A stretch of 24,229 bases of DNA from a virus (taxonomy: Duplodnaviria > Caudoviricetes). This document shows, piece by piece, positions 9,948-18,838 of the stretch. Below the pieces are notes generated by a model, which searched no databases, was not told the origin of the DNA, and worked only from the letters and a program-made list of their open reading frames with translations. Within the stretch, counting starts at the first letter, position 1. Each line of letters starts with the position of its first letter. A program made the position numbers and the translations under genes. The stretch lies in IMG/VR virus record IMGVR_UViG_3300008255_000466, positions 1 through 24,229 of that record. The stretch is one strand, 5' to 3'.

Positions 9948-10439
9948 CTACCCCACAATCCCTGCCGTGCCAATTTTTCGTGCAGTCTCTTTCTTCACCT
10001 TGGTCGCATTAGAGACGAGACTGGTGCCTACATCAAGCGCGCCGCCAACTGCGCCAAATAGTGCTTCCGTGCCGAAGGCGCTGGCAGAGGAAGTAAAATC
10101 AGCAGCTTGTTGACGGTAGGCCGCCGCTTCAGTAGCACCTCGGTAAATTGTATATCCCCGGTCTCTTGCGGCCAGTCCCAAGGCCGCTCGCCGTTTAAGT
10201 CCTTGAGAGCCGGTGTCAAGGGTAAGCCCCGATGCACTCGCTTGGGCAATAATGTCGCCAATTTCCCCCCGAGCAGCGAAATCCTGATCTTGCGCCGCGA
10301 TTGCCGCTTCCTGCGTCGCCCGCTTAGCATTGTTCTCCGCGATAATTGCATTATTTGAGGCAACTTTGGCTTGATACAGTGCGGAAGTTACCGCAGATAG
10401 TGCGCTCACAACGGCAGCAGCGGGGCCCAAGAAAGCCAT
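9948..10439 (-). CDS. Small internal virion protein (gp14-like position, 163 aa)
   Basis: Ala/Gln/Gly-rich with hydrophobic N-terminus and an ASASGLTLDTGS motif. It is the first of the three ejection genes. Confidence 0.75.
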   Translation of the reverse strand: MAFLGPAAAVVSALSAVTSALYQAKVASNNAIIAENNAKRATQEAAIAAQDQDFAARGEIGDIIAQASASGLTLDTGSQGLKRRAALGLAARDRGYTIYRGATEAAAYRQQAADFTSSASAFGTEALFGAVGGALDVGTSLVSNATKVKKETARKIGTAGIVG

Positions 10440-10834
10440 TAGTTACTCCATTCATAAACAACTCGATCGTCAAGTTGCTTAATTTCCTTAAACCCACACG
10501 CACGAGCGAAATGAGCACCTACAGCATCCCCCCGAACTACTTCGCACATGGGAGTTTGGTTTAGCGAATTAATGTAGCTTCGGGCCAACAATAGCGCCTC
10601 TTTAATTTTCCCTACCCCATTAGGTTTGCGTTTCGGCACCAACCACAGATATACTTTCGACGCGACAAAAGAATTAGAAATTTGTCCCCCGTAGGCGACT
10701 ACTTTCTTCCCATCCATTACAGTGAAAAACTCGTGACTACGGGAAATCAATTCTCCCGCATCCTTAGTGGAAGTCAACCTTTCGATTTCTTCCGCAACTT
10801 TTGTCTTGAACTTCGCGTGTCGGGACAATTCCAT
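10439..10834 (-). CDS. GNAT-fold-like tail/virion assembly protein (T7 gp13-like position, 131 aa)
   Basis: DGKKVVAYGG...VYLWL...HFARACGFKE pattern, located between nozzle and ejection genes, with TAATG overlaps on both sides. Confidence 0.6.
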   Translation of the reverse strand: MELSRHAKFKTKVAEEIERLTSTKDAGELISRSHEFFTVMDGKKVVAYGGQISNSFVASKVYLWLVPKRKPNGVGKIKEALLLARSYINSLNQTPMCEVVRGDAVGAHFARACGFKEIKQLDDRVVYEWSN

Positions 10835-13614
10835 TAATCATCTCCTAGATTAACGTCATACACTAGACTGAGAATAGTTGCTGGGAGTGGATACCGTTGT
10901 TCGAAACAGATAGCTCCCTCCGTATCCCAAGCGCCATTTATCGGAATGTAACTCATATCTTGGCGCAAGGCTAGTTCTTCTCCCCAATCTTCATCCGAGC
11001 GATCCTTCATTTCAACCATATGGACGAAGTCCGTGCCGAAGGCCAGCCCACGAGTGTTCCGCACTCTAACGGCGGCACCAATTATGTCCTTCCGCCTACC
11101 ATCACTTTGAACAGTGCGCAGGGTAACTGGCAAGCTTTTCCCCCGACAACTATATCCTAGGCCAACTTTAATTTTAGTCACAGGTTGAGTCAGGGTAACT
11201 TTTCCATTCGCCACAGTCTGGGCAAGAAAAGCATCCCCATCCGCGAGCACAGAGACTTTCTCGCCTTCAAGGTGCCATAGCCCAGAAATCTCTGTAATCG
11301 GTGTGCCAATTTGCCATTCACCGGAGGGAATTTCCTGCGGAATGTCATCAGTTTCCGGCACGATTAATGTCATATCCCGTAGGAAAGTTACCTTAACTTC
11401 CGTAGAGGAAACATAGGTGGAAACTTCCGCCTTTCCGCCGCCGAAGTAAACTATATCTCCGACATTGCCGGCGGAAAAAACTCCGATGCTGGTAGTTAAA
11501 CTTACATCCGCTCCAGTGATAGCGGAGGGGGTTAACGTAGCATTTGGTTCGGTGAGAGGATACTCCAATCCGCAGTCAACACACCAGAAATTCTCAAGAA
11601 GTGCGTGTTCACGGGATTTTACTCGCTCAATTACTTGAACCCAAACACCATTAAGTTTGCGTTTCACAGTCAGATACAGCACGTCATTCCCATTTTCCGT
11701 GCCTGCGCAACAATCAGTAAACAACCCCTGCGTCCAATGTTGCGCCCAGCCGAAAACTTCCTGCTCCCGATCATAGGTAACTGTAACCAACGCTCCATCC
11801 TCCCGTAGGCAATAGAGCAACTTATGTGGTTCCTCTACCCATGCGAAACGCGTAACACGTCTCCCCTCGCGGAAAAGGTGATTAGACAACACGGAAAGGT
11901 CTTGGAGTTTAAAGGTATTGGTGTATTCGGTATAAAGCATCGCGTTGACGGAACTGCCCTTATTGCGAGCGAAAACTACATCAAGGTCGATCGCTATAGG
12001 CGCAGCTTCCCCTGCACCCCGATAAGCCTGCGGTTCAGCGATAGCGTTCACCCCTGAGACGGCTTTGCCCTCCTCCGCTCGAAGAAGCGTTACAGAGTTC
12101 TCAGTAAAGATCAATAGACCGAAACGAAGCGCGAGCAGGTGCAGGATTGGTTTAATCTCCGCCGAGTCAATAGTAAATTCATATCCATCCCCGGCGTTGA
12201 GGATGGAACTTGCGTCCATGTTATCCAGTTCACCGGGGCGCGAAGCAAAGATAGTCATGGGGAGATTATCCGTCCCAGCGTAAATTCCACGTTGTTGGAA
12301 TATCTTAAAGACGCGAGGATTATTACCGGAAGCTGCGCCAATCGTTGCCGTTGCGGTAGCTAAAGTTCCTCCGCCGGTGAAGGAAACTACTGGGGCGGAA
12401 TAGTCATTCCCCCCGTCTACCACTACAACAGAAACGATTTCCCCAGCGGCGTTCACTACCGGATAACCGTCGAACCCTGATCCAGTAGGATCGGTAATAA
12501 CCACCGTAGCAGATTTCGCATACCCACTTCCAAGCGCAGTAACCTCTACTCGCTCGATTGTGCTATTCGCAAAGGGGTTATAGTAAATTGGAGGAGTTTT
12601 AGTAAAATCGGGCGTGATATTTGTGTCAACGAATTGCGGGCCGAAACTATGCCCAAGGTAGCCAAGTTCTTGCGCGAGGGTAATGTCCGCACCAATGGGC
12701 AGGAGCAGAGAACGATAGATGTAGTATTCCGAAGCGCCAACTAACGCGTCCCAAGTAATTTTCATCGAGCCTGCGGTAGTGCCGTAATTGATTGTAGTCT
12801 CAGTAATCGCATAAGCGGAGGCGACTGTTTCCTTCCCGTCAACAATGGCGGTAACAGCAAAAGCTACACCGGCAGTTCCGGCGGCACTTGGGGTTAACAT
12901 GAGGCCCGTCGGCGCGGAAAGTGCGCCGCTAGAAATAATTGCTGAAAGAGTCCAATTCGTATCCGAGACGTAACTCAATCGCTGCCGAGGGTAGGAAAGA
13001 TTCGTTAGCACAATATCATTATATTGTTGCTCGGCGGACAGGCCAGGCAGGTCGGCAGCGGCATAGGGGGTGCTTATTCGGACAATCTTTGACACCGCAC
13101 CACCGGAAATATAGGCGCTGTAGCTGGAATAATCCAAAACTAAGCCATTCGGCAATGCAAGGGTGAAGGTATTTACGTCGGTCACGGTGATTTCAAAATA
13201 ACGGGAGTTAAATTCCGTCGCCCCGACAACATCGGAAATAAATACCCAATCGCCAGAGGTGTAGCCGTGTCCGGCAACGGTTACAGTATTCCCCACAATG
13301 TTAGTGATAACTTGTGTTGGATGCTGCAAGTAGCCGCCGTTACGAAAAGGCCTGCAATACCCGTCGCCAAAGAGAAGGAAATAGTCATCTGTCGTCGCGC
13401 GAAAGCGAAATAGCTTCACCGGTTTGCTGTCGGCTTCAATGGGCGCGCAAAATTCTGTTCCAGCGCGAGATGAGACACCGCCCTGAGTGTTGACGAAGAA
13501 ATTATAGGATAACTGCAGGCCGAGGTCGTATTTCGTCAAGTCCGTGCGACCATAGAAATCTGGACTAACTTCCCCAGCCACAAAAGCGTAATTAGTTTTT
13601 TGCTGAATTGGCAT
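10834..13614 (-). CDS. Tail tubular protein B / nozzle (T7 gp12-like, 926 aa)
   Basis: FVAGEVSPDFYGRTDLTKY...NF..QGG.SSRAGT N-terminus, FQQRGIYAG, QEVFGWAQH, GLWHLEGEKVSVLADG and C-terminal QRYPLPATILS are all patterns I recognise from this family. Confidence 0.9.
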   Translation of the reverse strand: MPIQQKTNYAFVAGEVSPDFYGRTDLTKYDLGLQLSYNFFVNTQGGVSSRAGTEFCAPIEADSKPVKLFRFRATTDDYFLLFGDGYCRPFRNGGYLQHPTQVITNIVGNTVTVAGHGYTSGDWVFISDVVGATEFNSRYFEITVTDVNTFTLALPNGLVLDYSSYSAYISGGAVSKIVRISTPYAAADLPGLSAEQQYNDIVLTNLSYPRQRLSYVSDTNWTLSAIISSGALSAPTGLMLTPSAAGTAGVAFAVTAIVDGKETVASAYAITETTINYGTTAGSMKITWDALVGASEYYIYRSLLLPIGADITLAQELGYLGHSFGPQFVDTNITPDFTKTPPIYYNPFANSTIERVEVTALGSGYAKSATVVITDPTGSGFDGYPVVNAAGEIVSVVVVDGGNDYSAPVVSFTGGGTLATATATIGAASGNNPRVFKIFQQRGIYAGTDNLPMTIFASRPGELDNMDASSILNAGDGYEFTIDSAEIKPILHLLALRFGLLIFTENSVTLLRAEEGKAVSGVNAIAEPQAYRGAGEAAPIAIDLDVVFARNKGSSVNAMLYTEYTNTFKLQDLSVLSNHLFREGRRVTRFAWVEEPHKLLYCLREDGALVTVTYDREQEVFGWAQHWTQGLFTDCCAGTENGNDVLYLTVKRKLNGVWVQVIERVKSREHALLENFWCVDCGLEYPLTEPNATLTPSAITGADVSLTTSIGVFSAGNVGDIVYFGGGKAEVSTYVSSTEVKVTFLRDMTLIVPETDDIPQEIPSGEWQIGTPITEISGLWHLEGEKVSVLADGDAFLAQTVANGKVTLTQPVTKIKVGLGYSCRGKSLPVTLRTVQSDGRRKDIIGAAVRVRNTRGLAFGTDFVHMVEMKDRSDEDWGEELALRQDMSYIPINGAWDTEGAICFEQRYPLPATILSLVYDVNLGDD

Positions 13615-14285
13615 TATGCGCCTATTGCGGAGAAGGATTCATAAGGCCAGATAAACCGCGCACCAATGGGGAGAGAGTCGAACCCCCGAACATCTATCCA
13701 GGAGGGCAATTGAGCATAGTTTTCATCACTTTCGTTAGCAACCTCAGTCTGTGCGAGGAGCACTGCTTCTGTCGCCCGTTCGCGCATTTTCTCCGCGAGG
13801 GTAGTCTTACCCGTCAACGGGAGCGCCAATGCTGCAGCGAGGGAATACACAATAGCGGTAGTCAAACCTGCATCCCACAGAGTTACATCAGTTTGCAAAG
13901 AGGTATAATGCAAAATGGTATTTTCCTCATCCGTGAAAATTGCACGTTGAGTTTCCCAGAGACCGGCGGTAAAACGAGCGTAGCTGACAAGATTTCTTGG
14001 GGCGAGCATATCTGAGGGAGCGGCATATACAAAACGCCAAGTAGGGGCGGGGTCGGTGATGACCCAATCTACACCCGTATCGCGCTCGGCCAACACCGCC
14101 AGCCGAGCGTAACTTTTAGTTGAAGGCCACGAGGCGGCTTTAAGCACACTATCGCGAACGAGAGGGAGCCAAAGCCGACAAAGGTCAGCCTCCCGGCCAG
14201 TTTCCGTTTCCAAGGAAATACTGCCACGAGACCCAATGGCGGATAGCGCAAGGTTCCAAACAGTTACTACGCTACTTACCATCAT
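13614..14285 (-). CDS. Tail tubular protein A / head-tail adaptor (T7 gp11-like, 223 aa)
   Basis: VWNLALSAIG...I.S..E..REA.LC......RD.VL....W pattern and LAAALALPLTG, directly upstream of the nozzle gene. Confidence 0.85.
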   Translation of the reverse strand: MMVSSVVTVWNLALSAIGSRGSISLETETGREADLCRLWLPLVRDSVLKAASWPSTKSYARLAVLAERDTGVDWVITDPAPTWRFVYAAPSDMLAPRNLVSYARFTAGLWETQRAIFTDEENTILHYTSLQTDVTLWDAGLTTAIVYSLAAALALPLTGKTTLAEKMRERATEAVLLAQTEVANESDENYAQLPSWIDVRGFDSLPIGARFIWPYESFSAIGA

Positions 14286-14295
14286 TAACCCCTAG

Positions 14296-14472
14296 TTACT
14301 TCGTGGTCTTGGCGGCAGCCGGCTTCCCGGCCGATTTATCGCTTTCCACCAGTTTCGCAGAACTTGGTGCGCCGCCTTTCGGGAAGGACAGGATGTCACC
14401 GACAGTATGCATCCTCATTCCATCCCAGTATCGACGGCGAAGCTGATACTGGAGAAGTTCTTCCTCAAGCAT
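14296..14472 (-). CDS. Small hypothetical virion-operon protein (58 aa; not in the ORF track)
   Basis: ATG overlaps the cement gene stop (TAATG at 14474-14470). It reads MLEEELLQYQLRRRYWDGMRMHTVGDILSFPKGGAPSSAKLVESDKSAGKPAAAKTTK* and fills the gap almost exactly. Confidence 0.75.
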   Translation of the reverse strand: MLEEELLQYQLRRRYWDGMRMHTVGDILSFPKGGAPSSAKLVESDKSAGKPAAAKTTK

Positions 14473-14924
14473 TAGTTGTTACCATCAGGATAGGCTTTCC
14501 AGCCCGCAGGGTCCATCGTCAAGAATGCGTCGATCTTCCCAGCGGTGAAAGCAGCAACTGCGGTAGTTTGCAGAATGCCGAGATAGCGTTCATAAGCCGT
14601 CCCTTCGCGTGGCAAAGTGGCGACTAAGATGGACTTCCCGGCGGTCATATCGGCTTTGGCGAACACCGGAGAAGTGATATGCACCGAGGCACTACCATCC
14701 GTGGCAATTGCCGCCTGAGCATCCGAGACGAGGGAGAACGACGCAGTAGCTGCGCCCCCAGAAGTGGCCGCCGTATCCACTTGGATTACGAGATACAGGG
14801 GGTTGCCCTGGCCCAAATCCCGCACATTCTGCAGGTCAATCACATCGCCGACGAGGTAGTTTCCCGCCGCCCCTGTGTTGAGCGCCACAGATTTGGCGAA
14901 GGTATTAAGACTATCAGTGATCAT
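14472..14924 (-). CDS. Capsid cement/decoration protein, Bbp16-like (150 aa; start corrected to ATG 14924)
   Basis: AAGGAG precedes ATG 14924. MITDSLNTF...DVIDL...RDLGQGNPLYLVIQV...YERYLG...FTAGKIDAFLT resembles the jelly-roll cement protein that follows the capsid gene in BPP-1-like phages. Confidence 0.8.
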   Translation of the reverse strand: MITDSLNTFAKSVALNTGAAGNYLVGDVIDLQNVRDLGQGNPLYLVIQVDTAATSGGAATASFSLVSDAQAAIATDGSASVHITSPVFAKADMTAGKSILVATLPREGTAYERYLGILQTTAVAAFTAGKIDAFLTMDPAGWKAYPDGNN

Positions 14925-14953
14925 GGAGAAAGTCTCCTTTGAGGTTGAGGGAA

Positions 14954-14973
14954 GTAGGGTCAAACGGCCCTAC
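14954..14973 (-). other. Hairpin directly after the capsid stop (possible stabiliser or weak terminator)
   Basis: Minus strand GTAGGG-CCGTTTGA-CCCTAC, with no strong U-tract after it. Confidence 0.4.
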
Positions 14974-14975
14974 AA

Positions 14976-15968
14976 TTAAACGATACGCGCTTCGTCAACG
15001 GCCAAAGCATCCACCCGGCGCATCGGGAAGCCCGAGGGGGACATAAGCGTCTGACGGCCCCCAACATCTTCCCATTGCAAGGTGGAACTGGCCAAGCCCG
15101 CTGCCGCTTGCTGCCGGACTTTGGTCCGAACGCTCCGGTCCATGTAGTAGGCGAAGCGCGCACCGGAGAGGTTCGGAATCAATTCCTCAGCCTCAAACAT
15201 CAGTTCCGGCAAGTTCGCGCCGGTAGCCGCGTCAGCAGTCAGGGCACTCCGGTCGATGTTTGCAATTCGCACCACGAACCGCCAGTCCCGAACAGTGAGG
15301 CCCAAGTCCCAACGATAGTGGGAACGATAACCTTCGTAGTTACCGGCCGAACTGGTGATGGTAACTTGACCCTTGTCCGTCATTTGCAGCCCGGCGACCG
15401 AACCCTTCGGGTAGATACCGTGGACGGTATTCGGTCCCCAGCCAACTAGCCAGATCGAAGTATTATCGGTGCCGATCCCGCCCGCGTCGATAATATTCTG
15501 GCCATTTTCCGCGGACAGAAGGTTGAACCGCTTGTTGAACCCGGTAAACTTTTCCGGGGCGAGCGACTCATCGCCAGTGAACAAAGTAGCCGCCATTTCC
15601 TGCGACATACCCGCGATGAAGGCGCGATCCTCGCTCAAACGGTAGGCAGCGGTGTTGCCGTTAAGGTCAGCAAGGGCTTTGTCGATTTCCGCGTATGCTT
15701 CCAGCATTCCGCAGGAATCAGTAATCTGCGCCCGAGTCGATTTGGTCGGCTGCACCGTTCCATAGTATTGCCGCCACGTAGGAGTCGGGTAGCCAGTCCG
15801 AATAGTCGATCGATGTCCCGTGGGGAGGTTGCCCTCGATAACAGTCATATCATCGAGGATTTCGTTAGTCTCTTTCAAGATTTCCGCCACTACATCGATG
15901 CTACCATCCGGCGCCATGGCCTTAGTAACGTCGAGTAGAGTGGGATTCGTTGTGCCAAGAGTGGCCAT
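14976..15968 (-). CDS. Major capsid protein, BPP-1 Bbp17/epsilon15 gp7-like (330 aa)
   Basis: PTLLDV...NEILDDM..IEGNLPTGH...R..P..WR..Y..VQPTKS..AQITDSCGMLEAYAEIDKALADLNGN, FTGF..R, NTSIWLVGWG, WDLGLTVRDWR.VVRIANID. RBS AAGGAG upstream. Confidence 0.92.
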   Translation of the reverse strand: MATLGTTNPTLLDVTKAMAPDGSIDVVAEILKETNEILDDMTVIEGNLPTGHRSTIRTGYPTPTWRQYYGTVQPTKSTRAQITDSCGMLEAYAEIDKALADLNGNTAAYRLSEDRAFIAGMSQEMAATLFTGDESLAPEKFTGFNKRFNLLSAENGQNIIDAGGIGTDNTSIWLVGWGPNTVHGIYPKGSVAGLQMTDKGQVTITSSAGNYEGYRSHYRWDLGLTVRDWRFVVRIANIDRSALTADAATGANLPELMFEAEELIPNLSGARFAYYMDRSVRTKVRQQAAAGLASSTLQWEDVGGRQTLMSPSGFPMRRVDALAVDEARIV

Positions 15969-15971
15969 AGT

Positions 15972-16664
15972 TTACTCCTTAATGCCGCCGAAAAGTTTAT
16001 CGGCTTGTGAGAGGGCGCCTTTCGGAGGGGTGCCGCTGATCGGGGCACCTTCGACGAGGCCTTTAGTTGCCGCGAACAAAACGCGGATGATAGCAGGATG
16101 ATTGCCTGCGCCGGTGAGGTCCATAGCTTCATAGAACGCCTTGTCGGCGCCGATTACGTCAAGACCTCGCTTGATGGTAGAAAGCGTTTCGGGCAATTTG
16201 TCTCCGCCAATATCGGGGAGTGCCTTGGCGTCCTTCTGCCACTGGGCTTGAGTTTCAGTCCATAGCGTCTGCGCCGCAACAGTTGCAGCCTCATTGGCTT
16301 TAAGGGACTCGGAAACTTGCAAGTCAACCAGTTTTTGTGCAAGCTCTGCGCGGGACAGGGCTTGGTCATTCATAATGGTCAGGAAAGCCTCGACGGTTTC
16401 CGGCACCAATTCTACCCCCTCAGGGGCTTTAATTGCATCGGGTTGCAGGGCGGTGAACTCTGCCGTAACAGGAGACACTACGGTTGGCTCACCGCCCACC
16501 TTCTCCGGCGCACCCGCAACGCCAAGAAGGGACTCGGAAGGGGCTTCGACAGGAGCCGCCTCAGCTTTAGGCTCAGCGACTTTGGGTTCGGCAACGGCGG
16601 CGCCGGTTTCCCCAGCAGCTTGCCAAACGATGTTATTGCGCATCAGCGCGATCGGATTGTTCAT
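15972..16664 (-). CDS. Capsid scaffolding/assembly protein (230 aa)
   Basis: Ala/Glu/Pro-rich N-terminus and GAGNHPAIIRVLF motif, immediately upstream of the capsid gene. GGAGG RBS upstream. Confidence 0.75.
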   Translation of the reverse strand: MNNPIALMRNNIVWQAAGETGAAVAEPKVAEPKAEAAPVEAPSESLLGVAGAPEKVGGEPTVVSPVTAEFTALQPDAIKAPEGVELVPETVEAFLTIMNDQALSRAELAQKLVDLQVSESLKANEAATVAAQTLWTETQAQWQKDAKALPDIGGDKLPETLSTIKRGLDVIGADKAFYEAMDLTGAGNHPAIIRVLFAATKGLVEGAPISGTPPKGALSQADKLFGGIKE

Positions 16665-16935
16665 TTTGATCCTCCAGAATCAGTGCGGGGTATAGGGGCG
16701 GAGCGTATTCGAGTATGGTGGAGATAAGTTCCATTCCCGCTTCATGGCGACCACAAAGCCGGGCCATCTCAAATTTATTACATGAGTAGGGGGTAGTGGT
16801 TATCCCAAGAGAATTTAACAAACTACGGACAAGGAAGCGGAGATTGACGGAATGGGCAATTTCATTTACCGCTTCCCGCATTCGGGAGATGTCATACTCG
16901 GCCCAATCTTCTGCAGTCTTCAGTTTCGCGGCCAT
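16633..16935 (-). CDS. Small conserved protein between portal and scaffold (100 aa)
   Basis: RFLVRSLL...MARLCGRHEAGMELI pattern fits the small gene found at this position in BPP-1-like phages. It has a purine-rich RBS. Confidence 0.7.
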   Translation of the reverse strand: MAAKLKTAEDWAEYDISRMREAVNEIAHSVNLRFLVRSLLNSLGITTTPYSCNKFEMARLCGRHEAGMELISTILEYAPPLYPALILEDQNEQSDRADAQ

Positions 16936-16957
16936 ACTCTATCCCCTTCCTCCCCGC

Positions 16958-16986
16958 AGGATAACATGTTTACAAAATCCATGCAA
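16958..16986 (-). promoter_or_regulatory. Sigma70-like promoter upstream of the scaffold/capsid genes
   Basis: Minus strand TTGCAT-17 nt-TATCCT with an extended TGn, filling the 56-bp gap after the portal stop. Confidence 0.6.
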
Positions 16987-16991
16987 GCCCC

Positions 16992-18662
16992 CTATTGCGT
17001 CAGCGCCTGCAAGGCATTTTGCCCACCACCAAGGTCGGCCTCACTAAGCACTTTTGCGCCTTGCGCCAACTGTCCACCGATAGCCGCCGTTTGAGAAAGT
17101 GCTTGTTGCTGAGCGTCGGCCCGAGCAACGGCAGCAACTTCTTCACGGCTATTCATCCCCTTTGGTTTGATGCCGATGTTTTCGGCGTAGTCGCGGAGAA
17201 GTTCCTCTACATTCGGAACACTGTGGACTTCCGGGTAAGCCCCGAGGAGTTGGCCTGCTACCTGCAGGAAGCGTTCAATGGCAATATTGCCAGAGGCCTT
17301 CTGAGCATCGGAGAGGATGCTTACATACTGGACTTCGATTTCGGTATCGACCAACTGGACGGGTGGTTCGGGCAACAATCCCGCCCGCTGGGCGATGCCA
17401 AAAACACGCTTCAGTGCGGGGTCGAGGCCCTCGTTGTAGAAGCGCTCGAGGACAGGGCCGAGGTGGATCAACTTCTCCTCCCGCCTAGCGTCGATTTCCG
17501 TGGCGCTACGAACCGTTTCCAATTGCGAGATCATATTGAATAGGTGATTATGGCAAGTTTCCCGAATGCGACTTTGCAACTGTTCGATGTCGCGGGCTAA
17601 CTCACCAAAGGGAAGCTGCACACGATAGGCTTCTTTGGCACCAAAGTTTTGCGAAGCCGTAGCGGCATAAGTAATCCCATTTGCACCGAGGGCTTTCGGA
17701 CGATTGCGCAGTTGTTGATCAACAATCAGCGGAGGGCTGACCATTTTTGCCAACCCACTGGCACGTTGGAGAAGCATCTCCTGTAACTGACGAACGTCGC
17801 TAAGAGCGTCCATGGCGGGGGAGGTGCCGTAACTGTCGTCACCCAGAAGTTCCCAGCGAGGAGTAATGGTAGGCCATTCATACAGCGGACGGACGGCGAG
17901 GTATTCCCCCTCAGTGGCGCCAACTTCCCAGAAGCATTCGCGCCATTTCGACGGGGCCGAAAGAAGGGAATCGTTCGGGTTCACCTCAATCAAATGGGCA
18001 ATTTCGATTTCCTTGAGCAAATTTTCCCCGCCGGACTTGAATAACTGGCGGGTGTTTTCACTAAGCGCATCCTCACCGAAATCACCGACGAGTTGCTCGA
18101 CAGTTTTGACAAATCTTCGCCCATGGCGATTTACCCGTTGGGTTTCGTCTTGGGTTATGTAGAACTCGCCGAGGGGATAGTTATAGCACCGCAAAACGTC
18201 GTTGAAATCCTCGTAGATTGCCATAGAAGCGGTGCCAAAGGTGCACCATTCGAGGTAAAGCACAGCCATGGAATTATAGAAATTGCTTTCGGAAAGAATT
18301 AACATGATGCGGCGAAGAGTTTCATCAGTCCAGATGTTTGCGTCACGAGAGGTGCTCGCCTCGTCAAAGCCAGCTAGGCGCAAGCGCACCCAAGGGCGGG
18401 AAGGAGAAGTGATACCGTTCATCATCCCCGAAGCGAGAGTGCGCACCGCAAGGGTGGAGGTGGAGTCGAGGAGTTTGTGGTTTCGTCTATCCGCGGTGCG
18501 AACTTCCCGTTGGGTCATAAGCCAAGGGTATCGGCGGGGGAGAAAATAATCGGAAATTTCCCGCCAATGAGGGAACCAGTTTTGGCGTTCCGTGTCCATT
18601 GCGGAGAGGATGCGCTTGTGTTTCCGCGCTATCTCAAGATTGGCTGGGCCGACTCGGGCCAT
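16992..18662 (-). CDS. Portal protein (head-to-tail connector, ~556 aa)
   Basis: W.EI..Y.LP, DST..LA..TLASGMMNGITSPSRPW, FGTA, RW.....YG.SPAMDAL.D..QLQ, SATEI..R.EEK...LGPVLER. ATG 18662 overlaps the upstream stop (TGATG). Confidence 0.93.
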   Translation of the reverse strand: MARVGPANLEIARKHKRILSAMDTERQNWFPHWREISDYFLPRRYPWLMTQREVRTADRRNHKLLDSTSTLAVRTLASGMMNGITSPSRPWVRLRLAGFDEASTSRDANIWTDETLRRIMLILSESNFYNSMAVLYLEWCTFGTASMAIYEDFNDVLRCYNYPLGEFYITQDETQRVNRHGRRFVKTVEQLVGDFGEDALSENTRQLFKSGGENLLKEIEIAHLIEVNPNDSLLSAPSKWRECFWEVGATEGEYLAVRPLYEWPTITPRWELLGDDSYGTSPAMDALSDVRQLQEMLLQRASGLAKMVSPPLIVDQQLRNRPKALGANGITYAATASQNFGAKEAYRVQLPFGELARDIEQLQSRIRETCHNHLFNMISQLETVRSATEIDARREEKLIHLGPVLERFYNEGLDPALKRVFGIAQRAGLLPEPPVQLVDTEIEVQYVSILSDAQKASGNIAIERFLQVAGQLLGAYPEVHSVPNVEELLRDYAENIGIKPKGMNSREEVAAVARADAQQQALSQTAAIGGQLAQGAKVLSEADLGGGQNALQALTQ

Positions 18663-18838
18663 CACACGCCTCCGAGAAGTGAGGGCTGGCCGACAGAACT
18701 CTGCGGAAAGCCAATAATGGGATTGAGAAGTTTATTCGGACGCTGACCCATACCCGCAACACGAAAGCCTCCACGGGTGAGGAAACTAGCGGAAGTTGGG
18801 GAATTCGGCGGAGGAACTATCTTCGGGGCTTTAGGCAT
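18662..18838 (-). CDS. Small Pro/Gly-rich protein, T7 gp7.3-like position (58 aa; not in the ORF track)
   Basis: MPKAPKIVPPPNSPTSASFLTRGGFRVAGMGQRPNKLLNPIIGFPQSSVGQPSLLGGV*. It overlaps the TerL end and the portal start, and the C-terminal SLLGG is typical of the pre-portal small gene. Confidence 0.75.
   Translation of the reverse strand: MPKAPKIVPPPNSPTSASFLTRGGFRVAGMGQRPNKLLNPIIGFPQSSVGQPSLLGGV

Noticed and set aside
14924-14978. Capsid-to-cement readthrough fusion, since the two genes share a frame
   Set aside because: Two stops (TAA, then TAG two codons later) intervene, and the cement gene has its own RBS.
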